64,000 bases of DNA from Octopus vulgaris. Lineage: Eukaryota. The translations under genes were made by a program, and so were the position numbers. The stretch spans positions 28,768,001 to 28,832,000 of the forward strand of contig OX597817.1 in the NCBI GenBank assembly GCA_951406725.2, read 5' to 3'. This document shows positions 14,089 through 25,474 of the stretch, in pieces. Under the pieces are notes generated by a model. The model was given only the letters and a program-made list of their open reading frames with translations, was not told where the DNA came from and did no database searches. Numbering within the stretch: position 1 is the stretch's first letter; each line of letters opens with the position of its first letter.

Positions 14089-14486
14089 TGCCCGTGCCAG
14101 TGGCACATAAAAGATCCATCTGAACGTGGCTGATGCCAGTATCCCCTGATTGGTTCTCATGCTAGTGGCACGTAAAAAGCTCCATCTGGACATGGCTGAT
14201 GCCAGTACCACCCAACTAGCTCCTGTGCTGGTGCCACGTAAAAGGCACTATCTGAACGTGATCAATGCCAGGCCCGCCTGACTGGCTCCTGTGCTGATGG
14301 CACTTAAAAAGCACTCACTACACTCTCAGAGTGGTTGGTGTTAGGAAGGGCAGCTCTAGAAATAAAAAGAGCCATCATATACAGCAACAAAGAATACACA
14401 ACAAATCCAAGAGAAAAATAAAACGAATTAAACCGTCCAACCCATGCTAGCATGGAAAACGGACATTAAACAATGATGATGATGAT
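14089..14486 (+). mobile_element. RTE 3' UTR fragment with four ~63-bp tandem units and (TGA)n tail
   Basis: Repeated GTGCYRGTGGCACGTAAAAAGC..ATCTGAAC units, TTAGGAAGGGCA, then ACCGTCCAACCCATGCTAGCATGGAAAACGGAC..TGATGATGA; interrupted at 14360-14430. Confidence 0.8.
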
Positions 14487-16810
14487 TAGCATATAAAATG
14501 GTTGATTATGATCTACTTGCTTTGCACAAATTGTCACTGATATTGCAAGTGCAAGATATGTAATACGGTAGCATTTTCTGTAAAATAAACTTGTCACCCA
14601 GTTTTAGTTTTCAAATGCAAATGCCTAAAGTCTGTTTTTAATACTTCTAAAGAAGATATAAATTATCATTAGTCCCTTTTAAGTATAATGCTTCAATCCT
14701 TTGTAAAAAAAAGATCATTGACTTGATTAGTTTTTTCAATACATTTGATAATGGTATTGTTGATGTTTAGCCCGAGGCAGCCATCATTGAGATCCTACTA
14801 GAGAAGATTTTAAGTTGAATGACAAGTTGCAATCAACAAATCCATTGATCTAAATATGCTGTCCCTCCTAGTTGATGACCATACATTGCATTGGTTTATT
14901 GTATGATGTGCTGTGTAGCAGACCAGATGTGATTTCCCCCCAAAACTGTCTGGTTTGTTTTTTCATAGTTATCAGAACAATGACAGGCATGATCATACTC
15001 AGTACAAGTGGTGTTCCTCTGCATTCGTTATTGCTAATTTACATTCCAGTTTAAAGTTTGAGGAGTAATGATGTTGATTCTTCTGCTATTTTTCTGAATA
15101 CGTGTGATTAATTTTGTATTTATTTGTATGAGTGTATATTGTTTTTAAAGATGATGAAGTAGTATTCTGGAGAGTAAAGTACATGTGTATGGATGTTGGT
15201 GTGATTGTACATAAAATGAGATGGATTGTGAGGGTTGGGCTTTGCTATGGTAATAAACTATATCTACCATATCCAAGTGGTAATTTCAATATTTATTGCC
15301 TTGCATATGTAGTCTGTGGGCTGCATGTGATGATGCAGTGAACACTCCTTTGTTTTCTTTGTTTGATTCTAGAGCTTGAGTGCTCATGTGCAATAGATAG
15401 TATCCATACCTATTGGTGTTTGTGTGTTGGCTAACTATGAATGTACTACATGTGGTTAAGTATAATTTTGCTTATGTTTATATGTCTTTGATGTTGTAAA
15501 TGTTATAGAATGTAATTTGTGCGAATGTAATTCGTTTTATTTTTCTCTTGGATTTGTTGTGCATTTTTGTTTTGTTGCTTTATATGATGGCTCTTTTTAT
15601 TTAACTTTCTTTTGTGGTATTGTTGGTAAAAAAAAAGAAGCAGTAGTAGTTGACACTTTTAGACTAAGATGGAAGTAGTTGTGAAGCTGTATCAGATGAA
15701 AGGTGGGATCAAAGACTGTAATGTTATCTGTGTAAGCGTCTGTGGTTATCTTTTGTAGATTGAGAAATGTTTGTGTAGATGTAAGTTGTTAGATAAGAAT
15801 GGATAAAAGGACATATTTTTATGTCACATAGTTCTGAACACTTTTCAATTCTGGCTTTTTTCTTATTGTAAATTATGGGGTCTTAGCAAATTTCTTTATA
15901 AATGGTAGAGTGCGATTTAAAGGTAATTCAGTTACTAATTCTAGCAGGTCAAACAACTGCTTCATAAGTAGCATCACTTATCTTTGGAATTCATTACATT
16001 TTCTTTTAAATATCTTACACTATTACATCATAATTTGTAAAATTACTGCATTAGCACTTCTCTGTAATTTCGTCTATGTAACACTTTAGAAGATGCATAC
16101 ATGTTGGTTGTTCAGATATGATTGAATTAATTATACTAGTAATTACTTGTAAGTATAATCATATTTGGTTGGAATTTATCTTGTTTTAATTATGATATCT
16201 GTGATAGAATTTAATTAGAGTGGTTTACATGTACAGTTTCTCATTAACCGCTTTTGATTTTGTTGTTGTTATATTGATGAAGTTTGAACCAAGTAAAGTA
16301 TAATATAGTATGAGTAGTAGTCAGCGATAATGTACATACTTTGGGTTCAATAACAGAATAGTTCTTATTCTTAAAACCAATGGAAATAATCCTATTTATG
16401 ATTCTAAGAAAGCTAACTTTCTTGATATCATGAACAGGAGGATTTTCATTGGTTTCAGAGTAAGAACAAACCTGTCACTTAATAAAAAGTGATGGATGGA
16501 AAAAATATCTTCATTGTATTGACTGCTCTTATGACAAATGTATGAAATATCTTACTGACTTTTTACTTTTAATTCCACCAAGGAAGATATATATAGCCAT
16601 CACATTCAGTTAACATTTTAAAAGGGATGTTGTCAAATAACAATTTAGCTTCATACTTTAATTGCTACCTAAAACTAAAATAGTTTATGTTGAAGAGTTA
16701 AATATTTTATGCCAAGAATAATATAAATATTGTATTGCACATGAATATTTATATAGTTAGTCTTTGTTTTATTTACCCACTGGTCAACTGTTATTGTGTA
16801 GAGTTATGAT

Positions 16811-17920
16811 CAGTGGTACTCCAACTGTGACCATTCCATACATTATTTTATGTAGTTTGTGTCCCAGACACAAATCCTGTGATATTGTCTTTGTACCTAT
16901 CTATGTCAACATTATCTGCAGTTGCAACCACATCTTTTAGACAAAGAAAAGGAGCAGTGTCAGCACCTAACAGTTGTGTCTCCCACAAAGCTAGCTTCAT
17001 CTTGAACACGTGTATGCTTTCAAAATACTATGTCAACTTTTTTATGGCCATCCAGCATTTTGTTCAGATTATCCAAGTACTCTGTAATATCCACAGTAAA
17101 TGCTAGATCTTGCAGCCATTCTGGTGATTGAAATTCTAACATTGGTTTACCCTTTTTCTCTATGAACTGTTCAATTTCTTCTTGTAGATTAAACACTTCA
17201 ATACAGCACTTTGGCTTAACCAAGGTGTGATATGGCAAGCCATAGGTAATGCCTATATCACTGAGAGGACTGTCAAACTGACAGTGATTCAGACCTCTAC
17301 TTTGAATGAAATTTACAGTTCAGACAAACACTTCCATGATATGATCCTTTTTGAACAGCTTGCAACACAATGCCACCTGGTGCAAAATGCAGTGAAATAT
17401 CCAAAAATCACATCCCCCATTAACAGTCTTTACTCTCTCTCTCTCTCAACTACATCACAACACCTGCATTTTTTCTCAATCATTGATGAAGCGCCATCTG
17501 TTGTCACACTAACAGCACAGGCCCACTCCACTCTGACCCTGTCCAGCTCTGCAATGAGAGAGATGAAAATGTCGTTTGCTATTGTGATGTTCTTCATAGG
17601 GACCAACTCCAGGAACTCCTTGGTGATGGTCAAAATCTTGTCTACTCCACAAATGAATATGGCCAGTTGCACAACATTTCTAATGTTCATGCTCTCATCA
17701 ATTGCAACTGAAAATGCAATAAATGACTTGACTTTGTGCTTCAGTTGCCTGTCCAAATCTGCAGAAAAACCTGAAATCTTATCATCAGGCTAATCTAAAG
17801 TCTGTCACTTCTCAGGGCATACAACTTCTGCAACCTTCAGTATGCATGCTTCACGAACTCATCCTCACAGTACAGTTTTGATGCTAAACTCAAGTGAGTC
17901 AAAGTACTGAGTGAAGACTG
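16811..17920 (-). mobile_element. hAT transposase fragment, SPIN/OC1/GTF2IRD2-like, decayed
   Basis: ORFs FSVAIDES..QLAIFICGVD..EFLELVPM..TTDGASSM and PYHT..EEIEQFIEKKGKP..EWLQDLAFTVDITEYL; CAGTGGTACTCCAACT at 16811 resembles a hAT TIR. Confidence 0.88.
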
Positions 17921-20564
17921 CATGAAACCAACTTGTTCTGAGGAGCAGAGGCCATTGAAGAAGTGGTACAAAAGCCAGAGAGAGAGAGGTGACAACATGT
18001 CTAAGATGTCTGAGTGACTTTATGCTAACCAGTTTGGATACAGTCGAAGTTGTCCTTGTGTATAGGTGCCACTCTCATCCAGATGTGGTATCAGCTCTTA
18101 GTTGTGTGTCTCGGCTGAGCTTTCTGCACATAGTCAATAATTAATAAAGGCTGGAGTATTTTGGGGGCTCTCAAGAAAAAGGCTAGTCTTTGAGATTCAG
18201 GTATTTACTCTGTTAGAAATGTTTATTCCTCAGATGAGATTCTTGGTGATTGTGAGGCCCTAGCATTTGGAGCAATTATGATGGCTTAATTAGCATGTTG
18301 ATCATATTTCAGGAGGGTGAAGTTCTGTGAAGTTTCCTTCAAATGTGTGATGCTTGTGTTTTTCTCTTTTTTACTGCTGTTAAAGCATATAAGCCTAGTA
18401 TACCTGAATGGAGGATGTTTTTGAGGTCACTATCCATGAAATTTGTGTAGATTTGGTGTGGTGTAGTGTATCTATATTGTAGGTGGATAATTCTTAAGTG
18501 TTGACAATTCACAAAGTTTTAAATAGGGCATTATCTACAAGTCATATTTCCATAAAACAAAAGAATGTTACAGACAGAACCAAATCTTAGAGCTCGCCAG
18601 AATATATTGGATGTTGGTCAGAGAATTTTTTGGTAGTTCTTTCTTCAGAAAAGAACTGCTGATTGAAGAGATATACGATGTATAGTGTTCATAGAAGGGT
18701 AGTTTTGATGACAGATTTGCATGTCAGTGTGCAAGAGTATTATATCCTGATTATTTTAAAGCCATATGCAATATTAACATGTAAAAAGTAAGTGCAAGTA
18801 TTATATGTAAAGATATATAGTTCTTGCACTTAGTTTTACGATGCTAAGAACAAAAATAATTCAAATTGTATTATCATTTTCATTCCAGACTTAAACCTAA
18901 TGTCAAGCCTGAGAAATTGATTAACATTTACCTATCATAAATCTGGAAGCTTAATTTAAGACTGTCATATTGAAATAAGCTTGCTAATATTTTAGAATTA
19001 CTTTCTTTTTACTAAATTATTCCGAAACATTAAAGGAACTCTTACTTATCAAGCTAAAAACCAACTATATAGATAACAAAAAAATATAGCAATTATGCTA
19101 CAAAGATGATCTTATTTTCTTGATTTCACTTTGTAAACTGTATTATACAATGTATCATGGAATTATGAACAGTTTTGTAGAATTGATACATGTGGAGAGT
19201 AATTTCAGAGAATTTTCTTTATCATTTGGTATCAATGTTATTTATATTTTTATCCAAATAATATTCATCTCTCATATTTTCTCAATAGATACATTTATAC
19301 TAATTTTTTTTTTTTCAGTATTATATATTATCCTGGCAGTGATTATCTTTTCAGAAGATTTCTTTTCTAAAATATTGTGTGGACTAATAGCAGTGAAAAA
19401 AAAAAAAAAAAAAAAGTGGGGACAAAGAAGAAAATTATTTCTGTAATAGCAGATACTCAGCTACTTTCATATATATATATATATACATATAGCATGTGTG
19501 TATGTGAGGATAGGATTTATCCTTTTATGAGTTAAAATATCAGATGCCTTATGTATTAGCAGAACAAAAGTAGTATTATTTTAACCAACAATATTGGCTA
19601 GTAGGATATGTTTATTTCATACATGTATAGATGTATGCATACTTTATTAAGATATCAATGAAAATGAAAACATAAGTTTGTAGCTTCTATGCAAGAGATG
19701 GAAACTGCTGAAAACTGTCTGCTTAAAGATAATTGCTTTTGGATATTATTACTGAAATTGAAATGTTTCAACACACCACACACACACACGCACATGTGTG
19801 TATGTGTGTGTGTATAGATATGTGCATATGTACCAGTGAGACTGTGTGTATGCGCATGCACAAAATATTTTCTTTTATTATTTCCATTCAACAATAGATT
19901 TGAGCTTGTGGAATTAAAAACTAATATATAAAGTGCCAGTTACCTCCATAACTGTAGAGATGCTCAACAGAACAGTGATTTGAATTTAACTTGACAATGG
20001 AAGGAAAATAACTTGAAAATCAATAAAACTTATTCATATTTGATTACTTTCAGCTGAATGTTCATTGGAGGAAAGTAATGCTCTGCATGTGTATGTGCCT
20101 GCTTGTTGCTAAGTCAGTCATTCAGAACTTCAATTTTATATTTGTTTTCGTTTTTAGAAATATAGGATTTGGTAAAAAAAAAAAAGAAAGAAGAAAAGAA
20201 AAGTGAATGATACTCTGGAGAGAAATATAAAATATACTTGTCATATCTCTTCTAAAAAGGAATAAGAAATGGCATATGGAAGGACAACTATACTCAGTAA
20301 CATATGTAATTTTTAATTGGATATTTAATAGTTGTTGTTATTCATACTAAGTCTGAAAATAGGAAAGAGCTCAGAAATAGTGGCTTCTTTATTGGGTGAG
20401 CCACAGTCTGGAACAACTCCTGTTAACTAATTTTTTTTCAGCAGTAAGCATTCTAAAATGTTACTAAAATTAGTTCCTCAATGTTGCAAGCTGGAAGAAT
20501 TGTTAGTGTCAGAAAGAATGCTTTGAACTCAGATCACAATGAATTAGAAGTATTTCACTGAGGT

Positions 20565-20780
20565 TGAGTTTCCCTTTCATCCTTTCAGGGCCTATAAAAT
20601 AAGTGCCAGTTATGTACTGGGGTCGATGTAATTGACTTGCTTCCACCCCTCAAAATTGCTAACCTTGTACCAAATTTTTTTTTTTTAAATCGTTCCTTTA
20701 AAATTATATATGGTATATTATTAAGTTTGCTTCCCAACCATATGGTTTCAGGTTCAGTCCCACTGCATGGAGCTGACTTT
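20565..20780 (+). mobile_element. SINE family 2 3' fragment followed by SINE family 1 head fragment
   Basis: CTTTCATCCTTT..AAATAAGTGCCAG..GGGGTCGATGTAATTGAC matches 22368-22593; GGTTCAGTCCCACTGCATGG matches the family 1 head. Confidence 0.65.
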
Positions 20781-21342
20781 GGTTGATGCTCACTATATGG
20801 AAACATGATGCGTGCATGTGCACACACACACACACACACACACACAGAGTTATTAAGTAACAGTTGGTTTAATTATTTATCATCATTTTTTACATTTGTG
20901 AGTGTAGGTTGGTTAGGTTGTCATGGTCCGAGTAATTCCTTATTGGCAGTTTTCAATATCTTTGCATAACTAAACAAGCAATTGCTACTAATAAGGTGTT
21001 ACGAAAATGTAGGTAAAGAATGAAATAATTTGTTGGTTGTTTTCATTATGAGTGCATGTACTGGAGAGAGATGCTCTGTGACAATTGTTCTATCTCTTTG
21101 CGTTTTTTTTAACATTGACCACAACTTCATTGAGGCCATGTTACAGCAGTCCTTCACCTTTTCCCTCTTTATTTTTTCCTGTGCAGTTTACAAGTAACTA
21201 GATGGTTCAGCTTTGAGACTTTGTGCCAAACTCATTCAATCTAAGAACTGTATTAAATTTACACATCTCTGGTGTTCAGTTGGTTGAGCAACAGGTTGCT
21301 TATCATTGAGACTGACGAAGAATGCTGTACATATATTTTTTT

Positions 21343-21776
21343 TACAAGTTTCAATCATTAGACTATGATCATCTAGACCCCAAAGCATTTTTCAGTTTGA
21401 TACTTATTATATTGACCTATATTTGTTGAATCAACCAGCACGGTTGTCAAGCAATGCTAGGGGGACAAACACAGACACACAAACATATACACACAACACA
21501 TACATATATATATATACATATATACGACAGGCTTCTTTAAGTTTCCCTCTACCAAATCCACTCACAAGGCATTGGTCGACCCGGGGCTATAGCAGAAGAC
21601 ACTTGCCCAAGATGCCACGCAGTGGGACTGAACTCGGAACCATGTGGTTGGTAAGCAAGTTACTTACCACACAGCCACTCCTGCACCTACAAGTTTCAAT
21701 CATTAGACTATGATCATCTAGACCCCAAAGCATTTTTCAGTCTGATACTTATTATATTGACCTATATTTATTGAAT
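21343..21776. repeat. 89-bp direct repeat (21343-21431 and 21688-21776) flanking a SINE
   Basis: Two copies of tacaagtttcaatcattagac..ttgaat differing at 2 positions. Confidence 0.92.
21432..21687 (-). mobile_element. 3'-truncated SINE family 1 copy
   Basis: Reverse complement begins GGTGCAGGAGTGGCTGTGTGGTAAG (tRNA head) and stops after ..ACAACCGTGCTGG without the normal tail. Confidence 0.9.
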
Positions 21777-21908
21777 TAAGATTTTAAGCTTTTTGACACT
21801 GGACTAGTTTTTTAAAGCTAGTAATCAAAATACCATTGCATATGCAAGTGCACGCACATATACATGTAATGCAGGCCTCTGTACAGTATATATATATATA
21901 TATATATA

Positions 21909-21983
21909 TATTCTCGTTATGCCCTTCATGAACAACATTTAGCTGAAGCAGTAACCTTAAATAAATCCCCACATGAAAACAAA

Positions 21984-21989
<6 letters not shown>
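21909..21989 (+). repeat. 81-bp copy of 23823-23903 embedded in a (TA)n tract
   Basis: tattctcgttatgccc..aaatgaata occurs at both sites with one mismatch. Confidence 0.92.
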
Positions 21990-22019
<30 letters not shown>

Positions 22020-22023
<4 letters not shown>

Positions 22024-22270
22024 GGTGCCTGGCTTAGTGGTTAGGGAGTTGCACTCATGATCTAGCAATTGTGATTTCAATTCCTAGACCAGGTGGCACA
22101 TTGTGTTCTTGAGCAAAACACTTCACCTCACATTGTTCTTTGATCACTCTGACACCTGGAGAGAGTGAGCTAGTGTGCAACATGAACTTTTGATCACCAT
22201 AAACAAATCATTTGCGCAGGTTGTTTAACAAAAGCTTAACGTTCATGTCGTCTTTAATGGGAGAGTCCAT
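22020..22270 (+). mobile_element. tRNA-derived SINE family 3
   Basis: A-box TGGCTTAGTGGTTAG, B-box-like GATTTCAATTCC, central TGTGTTCTTGAGCAAAACACTTCACC domain. Confidence 0.65.
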
Positions 22271-22367
22271 CATATACGCACACACACACACACACATATG
22301 TATGTATTGATGAGAAAATTTGAATTGCTACATGGAAATTTTTTTTTTTTCATATTTTTATTATTAT

Positions 22368-22593
22368 GGCAGTGAGATGGCAGAATTGTTGGCATGTCAG
22401 ACATAATACTTAGCTGTGTTTTGTCCATCTTCATGTTTTGCATTCAAATTTCGCTGTGGTCAACTTTGCCTTTCATCCTTTTGGGGTCAGTAAAATAACT
22501 ACCTTTTGAGCACTGAGGTTGATGTAATTGACTTGCCTCCTTCCCTAAAATCCAAGTCTTTTACCTATAGTAAGGATTATTATTATTATTATT
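22368..22593 (+). mobile_element. tRNA-derived SINE family 2 with (TTA)n tail
   Basis: GAGATGGCAGAATTG head, TTCAAATT B-box remnant, central GCCTTTCATCCTTTTGGGGTC domain; inverse copy at 53404-53611. Confidence 0.75.
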
Positions 22594-24198
22594 TAAATGA
22601 CATGGATAATGTTTGTATCTCACTTAAATATATATTGTCACAAAGATGTATATACAAATAAATACAAATGATTTGTGATAAATGGCAACTTTCTGAATGG
22701 ACATATTTTAGTGCTAAAAACAAAATGTGCGTATCTTTAATTTTCTATTTTACTTAGAGTAATGACTTGTCAAAAGCAAAGGTGTTATGTGGATAGAATG
22801 CCTTGAAAAATTTTACCTTTACCTTACATTAAACCTGTGATCAAATATGGCTGGATCAGCTTTGAATTTTATCTTTCTGGGATGAATCATGTAAGTGCCA
22901 ATATCATGAAGTTGAGTGAAATAAATATACTCTTCACATACCTTTGTGGTAATGTAAGAAATCAATATTCTATTTTTGTATTGAACATTTTGAAATGTTT
23001 CTTTCAGTTTCAGATTCAAAGTTAATATAGCTTACCTTTTACATCGCGAATGTCACATCTAAAAGGAAAATGATCTTAGCTTTTGTGAGAAATGCTTATA
23101 AAAATGATCTGGAATCACATAGGTTCTGTTTTTTTTTTTCCATTTTATTTTTCATTCTGAGACTGTCAACAAAATATAAAAATAGTGTCATGTATAATAG
23201 CACTTATTGCATAATTTATTGTACAAAAGCATTTCAACACACTCTCTCTGCTTTTATTTCTGATAAGATCACAGTGAAGCTGTGGTATTTTAGTGACAAT
23301 CCATTGGGGGAAGAAAGGAGTGGCTGATCTTAGCTGTAACCTTGTTTAAAGCTGATCTTAGCACTAACCTTCTTTAAAGAAAACTATTTAATAAATGATT
23401 GAGATTTGAAGTGTTATGCTTCAACCTTGCTGTAAATTTAGAAGATTTAATATAATCTGCAAAGGTTGTATGTGGTTAACACAAATGGTCTGACATGTTT
23501 TTAGGCAATACAACTATATTATGTTTGGAAAAGAAATTTATATCTATATCCATTGTTCTTATAAAATGGATGAATTATTTTCTTCTGTATCAGTAAAAAT
23601 ATGCATTGAAAAAATAATAAACAAATACTTTCTAAATATAAAATATATTTGGGGAAATATTCCTTCTTGGATTGATGTTTTATTTTCCCTCTTCATAGAG
23701 TATTTGTTATGTCTTGTTCTTTTTCATTTAATATTCTTTTCTTATATTTACTTAGGAAATCTGTCCCTTGAGTGTGAAAGTGTATTAGGGCATGATATTG
23801 TAATTGGTGTATGGCTTCTTTTTATTCTCGTTATGCCCTTCATGAACAACATTTAGCTGAAGCAGTAACCTTAAATAAATCCCCAGATGAAAACAAATGA
23901 ATAGTCAATTAGATGATTCCAAATATTTGTTTAGAAAGGAATATCATGGCATGTACTGCCATGCAACATACTGATTTAGCTGTATGAAAATATTTGTTTT
24001 ACCGTAAAAGAACCTGTGAAATAACTATGCTTCCTTTGATCTCTAACTGTTTATATACTATTAAAGTAGATAATAAAAACTTGCCATCCTTTCAATAGGT
24101 TCAGGACATAAATGAAGGCTAGTAACATTTCCTTTTAACAGAGATTGTCCCTATTTCATATATATTGATTCTTGCATCTACTGTATTTTGCTGTTTAC

Positions 24199-25453
24199 TA
24201 TTATTATTATTCAGTAGTCTTATTTTTATCATGTGTTTTCGCTGCACTATTGAGTGCAGCTCTGTGTGATGTGGGGATATGCTGTGGTTTGTTGTAATGC
24301 TCTTATTTTTACTGTATTGAATGTGTTTTACGGAGGATGTGTGCAGTGCCTAGTAGTGCTATTTTCTGTATGTTATGTATACTTGTTAGTCTTAGTGTTT
24401 TTGCTATGTATTTGTCAGAATATTTTTTTATCATACCTAATGCACCTACTATGATAAGAATTGTTCCTGTTTTTAGATTCTACATTCAAGTTACCTCTAT
24501 TTCCAGATTTTTGTATTTTGAATGTTTGTCCGTTTCTTTTAGAGAAACATTGTCATCTGTTGGTATTGATACATCAGTTAGAAAGCATTATTTTTTGCTT
24601 GGGTTCTCTGACAACTATGTCCAGCCTATTAGCCTTAATTTCTCTATTTGTGTGTATTGGCATATCCTAGAGTATGGTTGCTTTCTCATTTTCTGTGACC
24701 TTTTCTGGCATGTGCCTATACCATCTTTTTTCTGTTGTTATTTCCATAGTGTTGGCATACCTTCCAACGTATATGGGTCCCAACTCTGTCGTGTCTGTGA
24801 ATATATTCCTTCTTAGCCAGGACTACGCAGCTAGAGACAATATGATTTATTGGTTCTTCTTTATCTACACATATTCTGCAGTTACTCATATTTCTTTTCA
24901 GTACATGTTTTTGGTAATTTCTGGTGGGAAGGTTTTGATTTCATGCTGTAATTAAAAATCCTTCAGTCTCTGCTTTGAGTCCTGAGCTTCTCAGCCATTG
25001 TTAGGATTTTGCTTTGTCTATTTCTTTTCTCTTTAGTTTCACCCAATAGTTGCCATGATGGGGCTTTTCTTACCATCATTTTATCATGATCCATAGCTTT
25101 TCCAGTTTTAGTTTGGATTTCAGTTGTTTTACAACTTTTGTTGTTTCTTCTTTTTCTTCATAGTTGTTAGATACTATGACTTCTTTCCAGTATTTATTTG
25201 TCACCTTCAGTAAGGACTGAAAACAGTTTATTATTATATGTCTTGCAAACAACTTGCACATGCAAGTGCTACCAGTTAAAAGCTCCGTATACCAGAAGCT
25301 AGCAAGTGTATAGGGTCATCAGGAGAGAATGCGGGCTGTTTCGGGGCCTACCTCTCAACGGCATCAATGCGCACCGGCCCCCCCTCACTGATTTGAGGCC
25401 CCGCTTGCTAGATCAGCTGGTTATGAAGAACTCAATATACTTCTAGCCATCAC
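24199..25453 (-). mobile_element. R4/Dong-type LINE derivative bounded by (TAA)n tracts
   Basis: Minus translation KAETEGFLITA*NQNLPTRNY and IIVGALGMIKKY..IQKIALLGTAHILRKT; 3' hairpin GCTGCACT..AGTGCAGC (24241-24260); (TAA)n at both ends; GC-rich 5' segment. Confidence 0.8.
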
Positions 25454-25474
25454 TATTATTATTATTATTATCAT

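Noticed and set aside
14089-14315. Repeat-spacer look of the 63-bp units (CRISPR-like)
   Set aside because: Eukaryotic context, no cas genes, spacers are homologous to each other, and the array belongs to an RTE 3' UTR
15000-15800. Possible decayed Jockey/I-type LINE pieces here and at 17930-18500 and 6050-6900
   Set aside because: Strand-skewed composition suggests LINE origin, but no diagnostic motif could be read with confidence
17227-17793. Longest ORF in the track (188 aa, + strand)
   Set aside because: Antisense shadow of the hAT transposase on the minus strand; no recognisable motifs
25358-25380. CGGCATCAAT and ACCGGCCC words also present in 7SL/SRP RNA
   Set aside because: Short matches only; no Alu domain, no helix 8 motif and wrong spacing
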